Positions 7,787 through 16,075 of a stretch of DNA of 64,000 nt are shown here, piece by piece. The position numbers were made by a program, and so were the translations under genes. The notes under the pieces are model-generated. The model was not told the DNA's origin. It made no database searches and saw only the letters and a program-made list of their open reading frames with translations. The number at the start of each line of letters is the position of its first letter. The stretch's first letter is position 1. Where the stretch lies: IMG/VR virus record IMGVR_UViG_2822641076_000001, positions 57,830-121,829 of that record, one strand, 5' to 3'. The DNA comes from a virus (lineage: Duplodnaviria > Heunggongvirae > Uroviricota > Caudoviricetes).

Positions 7787-8059
7787 ATGGGTTATAAAGT
7801 TGAACATAAACTCGAAGCAAGGATGAATAAAGATAAATTCAAAATGTATTTAGAAAGAAAAAATATGAATGCAAAGCAATTGTGGGAGAAAATTGTTGAT
7901 GAGTATGGCATTCATATCAAATACAGGGGATTCATTGCTCTAATTAATAAACAAAACCTGTGGAAGTTAACCTATGCATATGTAATCTGCGAAGCCTTAG
8001 AGATAGATATTAAAGATATCTTCGAATTAAAGCCGACAGCGGAGGAAGGTGAAGAATGA
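7787..8059 (+). CDS. putative HTH transcriptional regulator (XRE-like; 90 aa)
   Basis: Segment KNMNAKQLWEKIVDEYGIHIKYRGFIALIN resembles a Cro/C1-type HTH. Confidence 0.35.
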   Translation: MGYKVEHKLEARMNKDKFKMYLERKNMNAKQLWEKIVDEYGIHIKYRGFIALINKQNLWKLTYAYVICEALEIDIKDIFELKPTAEEGEE

Positions 8060-8091
8060 TGGAGCAACCATGTCGAACCGCTGTTATTGCT

Positions 8092-8128
8092 GAGACACCT
8101 TTAGCAAAAGTATAGCTAAAGGTGTCTC
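8092..8128. other. perfect 14-bp stem-loop (gagacacctttagc aaaagtata gctaaaggtgtctc) with no flanking T-tract
   Basis: Seen directly in the sequence, 33 bp after the stop at 8059. No U-run on either strand. Confidence 0.6.
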
Positions 8129-8460
8129 GTCTTACAACAGAAGTTATAAATAATGAAAAAGTATTTAACAAATGGATAAAATATGCATAAAATCGTTGCA
8201 AAATCCTTCATTGAATGTTAATATCATTAAGGTCTATATAAGGTTTTTAACAAATGTTGTTATATTTGGTTGATGTCGGACGTCGCTCATCTCAGTTTCA
8301 AAGGAACGGTGAATGCATCTATATGCCAAATTACATAATTTTGGCTGTTGGGTTACAGCCATGAAAATTGTTATACGTACATATTAGGTAATAATGTTTT
8401 ATTATTCGACTAATTAAACGTAGTGGTCAGAAAATTTAATAATGGAAGGAAGTCGATACA

Positions 8461-8850
8461 ATGCAGGATTTGAAAGAATTTTCGCTCATCTTAGGACTAA
8501 CTCACACAGAGGAGAAAGATTTTTCAGTCTTGTTTGATGACGAAGACGATATAAAATATTTCACCAGTGAAGTATTGGATATCGAAAAACAGAAATGGGA
8601 ACATCTCTTCGACATGCGAATGTATAAACTACGCAACGCAAGCATTTCTTTCGAGGATTTTGAAGTCCTCTATGGTGAAGACCCTCACATCTCTCTAGTA
8701 AAATTATTCCGATTTGACTTGAATGCAGATGATTTCGCTTTGTTCCAAAGTATTGTAAAGAAGAATAACTTATCTCCAAAGGATATCTTCTTATTACATA
8801 AGAAAGACGTTCATGCGAGAGCAATGAAATTGGCAAAAATGTTGCCGTAA
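8461..8850 (+). CDS. hypothetical protein (129 aa)
   Basis: ORF with a weak GGAAGG SD. Acidic protein. Confidence 0.45.
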   Translation: MQDLKEFSLILGLTHTEEKDFSVLFDDEDDIKYFTSEVLDIEKQKWEHLFDMRMYKLRNASISFEDFEVLYGEDPHISLVKLFRFDLNADDFALFQSIVKKNNLSPKDIFLLHKKDVHARAMKLAKMLP

Positions 8851-8972
8851 GATAAAAGCCAATTTGACAATGCTTACAAATGAATGATATAATGAATGCA
8901 GTTGTTAAGGAAAAGCCCTTTAAACGTAATAAATAATGAAAAGTTATTTATTGTGTGGAGGGCTTCTTTCAA

Positions 8973-9003
8973 CCTCTAATATAAATTAGAGGTTTTTGTT
9001 TTC
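8973..9003 (+). terminator. rho-independent terminator (cctctaat/attagagg, then tttttgtttt)
   Basis: 8-bp stem, 4-nt loop and a T-run. Separates the early block from the first canonical motif copy. Confidence 0.7.
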
Positions 9004-9006
9004 TTT

Positions 9007-9027
9007 ACAAGTGTAAAAAATAATGAA
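9007..9027 (+). promoter_or_regulatory. canonical 21-bp phage motif ACAAGTGTAAAAAATAATGAA (putative phage-specific promoter)
   Basis: Exact copy 9 bp upstream of the SD of the SSB-like gene. Confidence 0.5.
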
Positions 9028-9035
9028 TTTAAGGA

Positions 9036-10106
9036 GTGCAGTATATGGCGAAGAAGAAAGAAGAAGTAGTATTAGAACAAACTAAGAGTGCAATCAAATT
9101 ACAAGGGGTTGTATCTCGTATGGATAGCGACCATGCTTTCAAAGAAGGAGAAACAGGCTCAGGAAAGCCTTACAAGAGCTTACGTTTTACAGTAATCACA
9201 AAAGATGCTGAGGGCGAAAAGAATGAAGTACCTGTTGAATTATTCGGTATGGAGCAAGATGAAGTATACGCTTACAATATGAAGAAGAAAGAAGGAAAGC
9301 GCTTCCCATTTGAAAGCCGTGACAACTTACCTGACGGTTATCACTTATTCGGTGTTCGAGTTGGCTTACAACGTGACGAAGATGGAAAGGTTATTGCTGA
9401 AAATCTACATCCTTATGATGCAGTTGAAGAAATCTTCAATGAGCTTCAAGATGGAATGCACATCTACTTGAACGGTGAGATTGAAATCTCTGAGTACGAG
9501 AAAGATGGCGAGAAGAAAGAGCAAAAACGTTTTGTCATGAAATCTCTAGGATTACTAAAGAAAGACATTGATTTCGAGGCAGAAAATTTCGAAGAGACAG
9601 CAGTATTTGAGCAAGAAATGGTATTCGTGGACATGGAAGTTGACCGTGAAACGAAGAAGGCTAAGGTAATTGGTCGTACAATCGGATATGGCGGTAAGTT
9701 TGCTAATGGTTCATTCATCATTGATGGCAATGACAAGGACTTAGAAGGTCTTATCAAAGCGTTTAAGAAGCTTAAATTCGGTGCATTCATGAAAGTTTAC
9801 GGTAAAGTAGTAAACCGAGTGGAGTTCGTAGAGGCTGAGGAAACAGATGCAAAACCAGTAGATAAGAAGAACCCGTTTGCTACAGTAGGTAAAGAGAAGC
9901 ATAAATCTCTTGAGAAACGTACTTCACGAGAGTACACAAACGAACTTCAAATCGAAGGTGTAGAAGCTGAATCATTTGTTACTGCAAAATACAAAGAAGA
10001 AGACTTCGTTCTACCAGTAGAAGAAGAAAAAGCTGAGGAAGCTAACGATGACAATCCATTTGCTGACACTGGCGATGACAAAGAAGACGGAGACGACCTG
10101 TGGTAA
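9036..10106 (+). CDS. putative single-stranded DNA-binding protein with acidic C-terminal tail (356 aa)
   Basis: Two OB-fold-like segments and the C-terminal ...DDNPFADTGDDKEDGDDLW, reminiscent of SSB acidic tails. It precedes a RecA-fold ATPase, as in SSB-Sak4 modules. Confidence 0.35.
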   Translation: MQYMAKKKEEVVLEQTKSAIKLQGVVSRMDSDHAFKEGETGSGKPYKSLRFTVITKDAEGEKNEVPVELFGMEQDEVYAYNMKKKEGKRFPFESRDNLPDGYHLFGVRVGLQRDEDGKVIAENLHPYDAVEEIFNELQDGMHIYLNGEIEISEYEKDGEKKEQKRFVMKSLGLLKKDIDFEAENFEETAVFEQEMVFVDMEVDRETKKAKVIGRTIGYGGKFANGSFIIDGNDKDLEGLIKAFKKLKFGAFMKVYGKVVNRVEFVEAEETDAKPVDKKNPFATVGKEKHKSLEKRTSREYTNELQIEGVEAESFVTAKYKEEDFVLPVEEEKAEEANDDNPFADTGDDKEDGDDLW

Positions 10107-10123
10107 GCCGTTAACTTATACTT

Positions 10124-10144
10124 ACAAGTGTAAAAAATAATGAA
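10124..10144 (+). promoter_or_regulatory. canonical motif copy
   Basis: cttACAAGTGTAAAAAATAATGAA, followed by a 7-bp hairpin (10160-10184) and a second degenerate copy (10185-10206). Confidence 0.5.
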
Positions 10145-10222
10145 TTACATACGTGGAGGGGAGAAGTATGTCCTTTTCTTCTCCACAAATATAAAAAATA
10201 ATTGAAAAGAGAGCGTGATTGA

Positions 10223-11338
10223 ATGTCATTTTTACATGCATTAAACCCGAATAAAGTCAAAGCAGAATTAGAACAATATCTCATGTGTTTGTTTGCACCA
10301 AGTAAGTTTGGTAAAACAACATTTCTATATGATTTAGCTAAGAAGTATTACGGTGGAGATTTAAGTAAGATGTTACTACTTGGTACAGAAGTAGGTTATA
10401 AAGCTTTAAATGGAATCCATGCACTTCCAATCTCTGTTTTCGAGTATGTAGATGAAGTAGATGAAGATGAGGACGAAGAAACAAAAGAAGAGAAGACTGA
10501 CAATGATGCAAGGGGATTCGTTGAGGTTATTGATGAGTTAATTGAGAACCGTAAGACAATTCCGTACAAGCTAATTGTTATTGATACAATTACAGCTCTT
10601 GAGGACTTAGCGGAAAAGCATATCATCAAAAGACAGAAGATTAAGTCTACTGCGAAAATTGAGGATATTTCTGATATCGCATACGGTAAGGGCTACAACT
10701 TAGTTGCAGATGCAATTTATGAGCAAATCGACCGTTTAAAGAAAGCAGGATTCGGAGTATTCATCATCGGTCACAGTAAAACAAAGAAAGTCGAGCAACG
10801 TGATGGTTCTTCTTATGATTTAACTACACTTAACTGTTTAGGTAAAACATCAGACATTATCCTTCGTGAAAGTGACTTAATCATCTATGGTGACTTAGTA
10901 ACAACAGCTAAGAAAGGTATCGCTAAATCAGACCGTTACTTACGATTCCGTTCAGAAGGTAATGTAATCTGTGGTTCACGTTTCCGTCATATGCCTGACA
11001 AAATCAATAACAGCGTTGATGAGTTCTTAGAAGCATTTGAGAATGCAGTTCTAAAGGAATATGATAACGATGAAAAAGCTGTAGAGAAAGCAAAAGTTGA
11101 GCAACAAGCGGAGACTGAGCGCCAAGCTGAGAAGTTCGCTAAAACTCAAAAGGCTGAAATGACAGCAGAAGAAATGCACGCTTGGTTGAAAGAGAGCATT
11201 GGTACTTTGAAACCAGTTCAAAAGCGTAAATTAAAAGGAATCTTTGAGAAGACTCTAGGTACTACTGACTACACAAGTGTAGAAGATGTAGACGTATTAA
11301 AACAAGGTGTGGAAGCTGTTAAGGAATTAATCGGCTGA
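10223..11338 (+). CDS. RecA-fold ATPase, AAA_24/Sak4-like (371 aa)
   Basis: Walker A APSKFGKTTF and Walker B LIVIDTITALED. The size and motif layout fit phage Sak4-type recombination ATPases. Confidence 0.45.
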   Translation: MSFLHALNPNKVKAELEQYLMCLFAPSKFGKTTFLYDLAKKYYGGDLSKMLLLGTEVGYKALNGIHALPISVFEYVDEVDEDEDEETKEEKTDNDARGFVEVIDELIENRKTIPYKLIVIDTITALEDLAEKHIIKRQKIKSTAKIEDISDIAYGKGYNLVADAIYEQIDRLKKAGFGVFIIGHSKTKKVEQRDGSSYDLTTLNCLGKTSDIILRESDLIIYGDLVTTAKKGIAKSDRYLRFRSEGNVICGSRFRHMPDKINNSVDEFLEAFENAVLKEYDNDEKAVEKAKVEQQAETERQAEKFAKTQKAEMTAEEMHAWLKESIGTLKPVQKRKLKGIFEKTLGTTDYTSVEDVDVLKQGVEAVKELIG

Positions 11339-11340
11339 TA

Positions 11341-12150
11341 ATGCCCACCTTTAGCAAGAAAAAGCTCTTTATTATTTTAACTACTCTGCTAGCGGTTGTC
11401 GTAATTGGCACTGCTAGCAAACTTTCATATGATTATTATAATTCCACACAGCAACAGATTCAATCATATCAAGAGAAGTTAACTGAGAGTGATTCCAAAA
11501 TTCAAAAAATCGAGGGAGAACTATCGTCTTCAAAAGAGAAGGTTGAAGGGTTAGAGAAGGAAAAAACAGACTTAGACAACATGAAGAATGACTTAGAACA
11601 GCAAAAGTCTAACCTTGAAGAAGAAATCAAGCAAAGAGATGCTAAGATTTCTGAACTCGAATCGGACAAGCAAAAATTACAGGATAAAGTTAGCTCACTA
11701 GAAAAAGTGAGCTATACTCCTATTCAGAATAAATCCGAAGAGAAACCCAAAGAAGTAAAGAAACAAGAGCCTGCACAAGCTCCCGTAATGCAGTCAGCTC
11801 CAACACCTCAAAAAGAAGAGAGTGAGTCTAGTGGTAATTGGATGAATTTTGTTATCACAGCTTACACAAATCATCCGTCAGAGAACGGTGGGACATATGG
11901 TGGTAAAGTATTGACGAAAAGCGGTCACGACATCACGAATACGATTCATCACAATGGACAACGAATCATTGCTGTAGACCCATCTGTAATTCCGTTAGGT
12001 TCAACTGTAGAAATAGAAGGATATGGACGTTTCATTGCGATTGATACAGGCGGAGCTATTAAAGGGAATAGGATTGATATTCTAGTCGGTAGTGCAAGTG
12101 AAATGAACAGCATCGGTAAACGTGGTGCGAAGGTTCGTATTATTAAATAG
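11341..12150 (+). CDS. membrane-anchored coiled-coil protein with C-terminal 3D (MltA/YocH-like) domain (269 aa)
   Basis: N-terminal TM helix, a long heptad-rich region, and a C-terminal segment ITAYTNHPSENGGTYGGKV...IAVDPSVIPLGSTVEIEGYGRFIAIDTGGAIKGNRIDIL that is typical of the 3D domain. Confidence 0.55.
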   Translation: MPTFSKKKLFIILTTLLAVVVIGTASKLSYDYYNSTQQQIQSYQEKLTESDSKIQKIEGELSSSKEKVEGLEKEKTDLDNMKNDLEQQKSNLEEEIKQRDAKISELESDKQKLQDKVSSLEKVSYTPIQNKSEEKPKEVKKQEPAQAPVMQSAPTPQKEESESSGNWMNFVITAYTNHPSENGGTYGGKVLTKSGHDITNTIHHNGQRIIAVDPSVIPLGSTVEIEGYGRFIAIDTGGAIKGNRIDILVGSASEMNSIGKRGAKVRIIK

Positions 12151-12168
12151 AAGAAAAGGGGAATACAT

Positions 12169-12693
12169 ATGCTTATTATTTTGGAGGGGAATGAGCTAAA
12201 TTTTAAAACAACCATTGCTGAGAAGCTAGCTGAGAGGCTTAAATATGGCGTTGTTAAAGGGAACTCATTCTTAATTGCACAGCTTCCTGCTCAGGATTTA
12301 TTCCAGTATGTAAAAGGAATTGCTGACCACGCTGACAATCTAATTGTTGATAGATATTACATGTCAAATCTCGTATACACAGAGTTGTATGATGGCTACT
12401 CACGATTAGGTGAAAAGGAAGTTAAATACCTTGAAGAACAACTGAAAGAGAAGGCTCTAGTGGTTTACCTTCATGCAAGCCCCGAAACGCTTATTAAGCG
12501 AAAACAGGAGCGTGAAGAGAAGGAAATAGCGGACAATATGTTTGATACGATTAACAAAGGATTTGAGCGTATTATCGTAGGTTCTGAGTTAGATGTATTG
12601 AGTCTAAGCACGGAAGAGCTTACAAGTGATTTTATTGTAGATATCATTATCACAAATATTCGCCACAAAGAGGCGTACCAACTGAATAAATAA
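12169..12693 (+). CDS. thymidylate-kinase-like protein with degenerate P-loop (174 aa)
   Basis: ILEGNELNFKTT stands where TMK has IxxEGxDGxGKTT. The TMK DRY motif DRYYMSNLVY is present, but the P-loop glycines are missing. Confidence 0.4.
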   Translation: MLIILEGNELNFKTTIAEKLAERLKYGVVKGNSFLIAQLPAQDLFQYVKGIADHADNLIVDRYYMSNLVYTELYDGYSRLGEKEVKYLEEQLKEKALVVYLHASPETLIKRKQEREEKEIADNMFDTINKGFERIIVGSELDVLSLSTEELTSDFIVDIIITNIRHKEAYQLNK

Positions 12694-12703
12694 TAAGTAC
12701 CAA

Positions 12704-12744
12704 GGAGATAAGTGTAAAAAATAATGAACTTATCTCCTTTTTCT
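12704..12744 (+). terminator. rho-independent terminator whose 14-nt loop is the core of the phage motif (ggagataagt [gtaaaaaataatga] acttatctcc, then tttttc)
   Basis: Perfect 10-bp stem and a T-tract directly after the stop at 12693. The loop sequence is the motif core. Confidence 0.65.
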
Positions 12745-12756
12745 ATGCATTGGTAG

Positions 12757-12785
12757 TTGACATGCATTTTCCTATTTGATATGAT
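12757..12785 (+). promoter_or_regulatory. sigma-A promoter TTGACA-17-TATGAT upstream of the sigma-factor gene
   Basis: Perfect -35 box and a TATGAT -10 box. It is immediately followed by a canonical motif copy. Confidence 0.55.
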
Positions 12786-12806
12786 ACAAGTGTAAAAAAT
12801 AATGAA
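12786..12806 (+). promoter_or_regulatory. canonical motif copy abutting the sigma-A promoter
   Basis: ACAAGTGTAAAAAATAATGAA, 10 bp before the start of the sigma gene. Confidence 0.5.
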
Positions 12807-12815
12807 TAGAGGAAA

Positions 12816-13550
12816 ATGACAGTGCAAATAGATGAACTACAAGTTATAGAAGAACAAGATTTAACATTACCCGAAAATGGATATAAATTAGTAGCTGAAA
12901 CGATACATAAATATTTTACTTACTATCCTTATTACGAGAAGACACATGGATACACATTCGATGATTTAATGCAATTTGGAATCATTGGGTGGATGAAATC
13001 ATTAGATGCTCATGACGAATCAAAAGGTAAACTTTCAACAATAGCTGTTAGATATATTCGAACTGAAATCTATAATGCAGTGCGAAGTACATATAAAGGT
13101 GTTCGAGTGAGTTACGAGGTTACACGGATTGCGAAATATATGCGTAAGCATCGGGGGAAGAAAACCCTGCAAGAAGTTCAGAAGAAATTTGATGCGTCGG
13201 ATGAAGTTATGAAAAGAGCTTTGTCATTTATGGATATGACAGTGATGAGCCTTGAAATAAAAGTGGGCGAGAGCAATAGAGGAGAGAGTAGAAAGTTAAT
13301 TGACATGATTAGTGATGAGAACGCTCATCATGATATGGAATTAGCAGGTCTCAAAACAGGACTCTCCAAGCGATTAGCTGTCGTATCTGAAACTCAAAGA
13401 ACTTGCATCTTACTTCGGTTACAAGGGTACACCCCAACGGAGATTGGGAAGATGTTGGGAAAGAGTACTGCAACTGTATCAATGCAAATTCATCATGGTA
13501 CAACAAAAATTAATAAAGTGTTCAATCACTCGATTGAAAATGTCGCATAA
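12816..13550 (+). CDS. sigma-70 family sigma factor (244 aa)
   Basis: Region-2-like segment FGIIGWMKSLDAHDESKGKLSTIAVRYIRTEIYNAVRS, and a region-4 HTH in ETQRTCILLRLQGYTPTEIGKMLGKSTATVSMQIHHGTTKI. Confidence 0.75.
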   Translation: MTVQIDELQVIEEQDLTLPENGYKLVAETIHKYFTYYPYYEKTHGYTFDDLMQFGIIGWMKSLDAHDESKGKLSTIAVRYIRTEIYNAVRSTYKGVRVSYEVTRIAKYMRKHRGKKTLQEVQKKFDASDEVMKRALSFMDMTVMSLEIKVGESNRGESRKLIDMISDENAHHDMELAGLKTGLSKRLAVVSETQRTCILLRLQGYTPTEIGKMLGKSTATVSMQIHHGTTKINKVFNHSIENVA

Positions 13551-13563
13551 AGAGGTGAAATAA

Positions 13564-13752
13564 ATGCAAGTAAAAATAGAAATGGAGAACTGTGAACAGT
13601 GTCCCTTTGCTCAGGTATCGAAGGTGTACACACGAGATTCATGGGAGAACGTTAGAAAGGTGCATTGCACAAAACTAAATAAGGATGTACATGAATATCT
13701 AGATTGGTACGATAAATCACCAATTCCAAATGAGTGTCCTATCAAATGTTAG
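13564..13752 (+). CDS. small Cys-rich protein (62 aa)
   Basis: AGAGGTG SD. Contains CEQCPF...HC...ECPIKC, a putative zinc ribbon. Confidence 0.5.
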   Translation: MQVKIEMENCEQCPFAQVSKVYTRDSWENVRKVHCTKLNKDVHEYLDWYDKSPIPNECPIKC

Positions 13753-13937
13753 TCTCGTTAAAGAAGAGCGCTATGGAAGAGAAATTAAAGGATATAAATT
13801 TAGATATAGTCATCCTAGAGTCTGACCTAGCCAATGTGTGTCAGGATGATGTTGTAGAGTTTATAGAATCTAAATTAGCGACACTGTATCTAAAGAAGGC
13901 TGAACTAGAACTAAAATTAAGAACAGACACTAAATGA
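13734..13937 (+). CDS. hypothetical protein (67 aa, GTG start; internal ATGs are possible)
   Basis: Track ORF. The start is uncertain. Confidence 0.35.
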   Translation: MSYQMLVSLKKSAMEEKLKDINLDIVILESDLANVCQDDVVEFIESKLATLYLKKAELELKLRTDTK

Positions 13938-13949
13938 GGAGTGTTAAAA

Positions 13950-14132
13950 ATGAAATTAAAAGTAAATGATGAAGTTGTAATTATAGATGAGAATGGAAAC
14001 AAACTAGCAGAAGGAGTAATTGCGAATATTAATGATTTTCGTGAGCCTAGCATGAAATATGCAGTTGACGTTGATGGATATGAAGATGTGTTATTTTTCG
14101 GAGAATCGCAATTAACACCAATCAATAAATAA
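13950..14132 (+). CDS. hypothetical protein (60 aa)
   Basis: GAGGAG SD 10 nt before the ATG at 13950 (internal to track ORF 13941..14132). Confidence 0.45.
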   Translation: MKLKVNDEVVIIDENGNKLAEGVIANINDFREPSMKYAVDVDGYEDVLFFGESQLTPINK

Positions 14133-14160
14133 AATTACCCTTTATGAAGGAGAAATAACA

Positions 14161-14583
14161 TTGGAACAATTTAAGATTATAGATGAACATGACAAGGTTT
14201 TAGCTGTAGGTATTACGCTGAAATCAAACATCACATTGTTGGAGTGGACTAGCGCCATAAAGACATTATCATTCTATGACAATATCGAACAAGTAAAAGA
14301 ATTTGTTTGCAATAGAGATAAAGGTACAAAGTTAGTGCCATTAAAAGCAAAAGGCAAGGATAGATTGCGAGAATACTATCTGCAAAGAAATGAAGATTTC
14401 AGTGGAGTCAGTGGTACTGGAATTGTAGCGGAAGGTGTTGTTATGCCTAGTGGCAAGTGTATTCATGAGTGGTCACAGTCATATGTCGTCTCTCATAACA
14501 TTTATCCAAATGTGCAGTCAGTACAGCATATTCATGGTCATGAAGGTAGGACAATAGTTAAATTCGTTGGAGAGGAAGAATGA
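14161..14583 (+). CDS. hypothetical protein (140 aa, TTG start)
   Basis: GAAGGAG SD 8 nt before the TTG. Confidence 0.5.
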   Translation: MEQFKIIDEHDKVLAVGITLKSNITLLEWTSAIKTLSFYDNIEQVKEFVCNRDKGTKLVPLKAKGKDRLREYYLQRNEDFSGVSGTGIVAEGVVMPSGKCIHEWSQSYVVSHNIYPNVQSVQHIHGHEGRTIVKFVGEEE

Positions 14584-14587
14584 TTAT

Positions 14588-14743
14588 ATGGAACACTTTA
14601 TTAATCAATGGCACTGTGACGAAGAGGCTTGCAATAGGATTTTCTATACCGATTTAGAGGAGTCTCCTGAGAATTGTCCTTTCTGTCAGAGTTGCGATTT
14701 ATCAGACTCCAAAGTGTTGAAAGCAGAGACTCTAGTTAAATAA
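14588..14743 (+). CDS. small zinc-ribbon protein (51 aa; below the ORF-track cutoff)
   Basis: MEHFINQWHCDEEACN...ENCPFCQSCD has two CxxC pairs. The gene is tightly packed after 14583. Confidence 0.4.
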   Translation: MEHFINQWHCDEEACNRIFYTDLEESPENCPFCQSCDLSDSKVLKAETLVK

Positions 14744-14824
14744 AAGAGATATTTTACTTAATAAATCGGGAAAAATCAGATCCAAAAATAGCAGTAAATC
14801 AAAGGCTTTTGAGGGGTGTCCAAT

Positions 14825-14914
14825 ATGAATATTTTCGGTTTTATCAATTTTTCCTTATTAATCGTCCTTATCGTTTTGATAGTGAAATTATTCAAGGAGA
14901 ATCGAGATGCGTAA
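14825..14914 (+). CDS. tiny hydrophobic peptide (29 aa)
   Basis: GAGGGG SD. Sequence MNIFGFINFSLLIVLIVLIVKLFKENRDA. Confidence 0.35.
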   Translation: MNIFGFINFSLLIVLIVLIVKLFKENRDA

Positions 14915-15047
14915 GAAAGATATTCTATTTAAATTAAAGAAGGAAATCAAAAAGGCTGAGGAAAGACAGTTACCTAATGCCAAGAAGGATAGTGGGCATA
15001 TCAGAGGTTTAAAGAATGCTATCAGGATAATTCAAGAACATAAATAG
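14907..15047 (+). CDS. small basic protein (46 aa)
   Basis: AAGGAG SD 7 nt before the ATG. Overlaps the previous ORF. Confidence 0.4.
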   Translation: MRKKDILFKLKKEIKKAEERQLPNAKKDSGHIRGLKNAIRIIQEHK

Positions 15048-15060
15048 GAGAGATGGATAA

Positions 15061-15210
15061 GTGTTGATACCATATACTCTTGTAGCAATTATAGCAATCT
15101 CAGGCTCTTTATGGTTGGGTATGTTTGCACACCTTATGTACATTGCTTTCAAGGAAACGAAAGAAATGGAGTACAGAATCAGTCAATGGATAAATAAACA
15201 AGCGGAGTGA
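15061..15210 (+). CDS. small membrane protein (49 aa, GTG start)
   Basis: AGGAGAG SD. One TM helix. Confidence 0.35.
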   Translation: MLIPYTLVAIIAISGSLWLGMFAHLMYIAFKETKEMEYRISQWINKQAE

Positions 15211-15216
15211 TTGATA

Positions 15217-15384
15217 ATGTTTGAAAATTTAACAACAAGACAAACTTGGATGTTAATTAATGATAAACAGGCGATAGTACACACCTTTAGTAACTTTAAT
15301 CTATTGGAAATGCTTGAAATAAAAAAGGTTAAAGAATCAGAAAGAAAAGAAAAACTAGAATTATTTATGCGAGTGAAATTATGA
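15217..15384 (+). CDS. small protein (55 aa)
   Basis: ORF ending in an ATGA overlap with 15381. Confidence 0.35.
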   Translation: MFENLTTRQTWMLINDKQAIVHTFSNFNLLEMLEIKKVKESERKEKLELFMRVKL

Positions 15385-15587
15385 ATAGGGAATTGATAGT
15401 TGAGTATGCAGTAAAGATTTTAAATGAACATACAGAAGACATTAACTTCACTGTCAAAGACGCTGTATTTCAATCCCTAACAAAAAATATTCCGAACTAT
15501 AAAATCACAAGTGATAGAGAATTTTTCGAACTTGTAAATGAAGTATGTGCAAAATTTGTGGGTGACAAGGAGAAGAAAAGAACATGA
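15381..15587 (+). CDS. hypothetical protein (68 aa)
   Basis: Track ORF with an ATGA overlap on both sides. Confidence 0.5.
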   Translation: MNRELIVEYAVKILNEHTEDINFTVKDAVFQSLTKNIPNYKITSDREFFELVNEVCAKFVGDKEKKRT

Positions 15588-15883
15588 AACGATTATATGC
15601 AGAAGAGTTTTATACATCAACATCAGAAGATGCAGTAAATCGAATTAAATGGCTACGTGAAAAGCAAGAAGGATTAGATGAAGAAAAGGCTCTTCAACTA
15701 CAGAAGATTGTATATAATGCTATCCGCTTAGAGTTAGGGACTACGAAGTTGATTGGTGCTTTATTACATAAGGATGGAAATGAAATTGGCATTCCAGTGT
15801 ACAATGTAGAAGCTACAGGAGATAATGCATACACTCATCATTTTGATGAAGAACGTCAAGAGTTTTATATCGAAGTAGAATAA
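15584..15883 (+). CDS. hypothetical protein (99 aa)
   Basis: Track ORF with an ATGA overlap with 15381..15587. Confidence 0.5.
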   Translation: MKRLYAEEFYTSTSEDAVNRIKWLREKQEGLDEEKALQLQKIVYNAIRLELGTTKLIGALLHKDGNEIGIPVYNVEATGDNAYTHHFDEERQEFYIEVE

Positions 15884-15908
15884 CAAATAACATAACAAGG
15901 TGGACACT

Positions 15909-16067
15909 ATGACAATTAAAAATAACGAATCATACAAATGTAAAGAATGTGGGAAGGACTTCACGCTTGAAAATTTGGTGAAACATAGTTGCGTACCATT
16001 AAACGAAATGCCTTCATATGAAGATATAAAGGATGATATTAAAATAGAAACATACCGTAAGAAATAG
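15909..16067 (+). CDS. small C2H2-like zinc-finger protein (52 aa)
   Basis: YKCKECGKDFTLENLVKHSC matches the C-x2-C...H-x-C spacing of classical zinc fingers. SD GGTGGA. Confidence 0.4.
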   Translation: MTIKNNESYKCKECGKDFTLENLVKHSCVPLNEMPSYEDIKDDIKIETYRKK

Positions 16068-16075
16068 GTGAGAAT

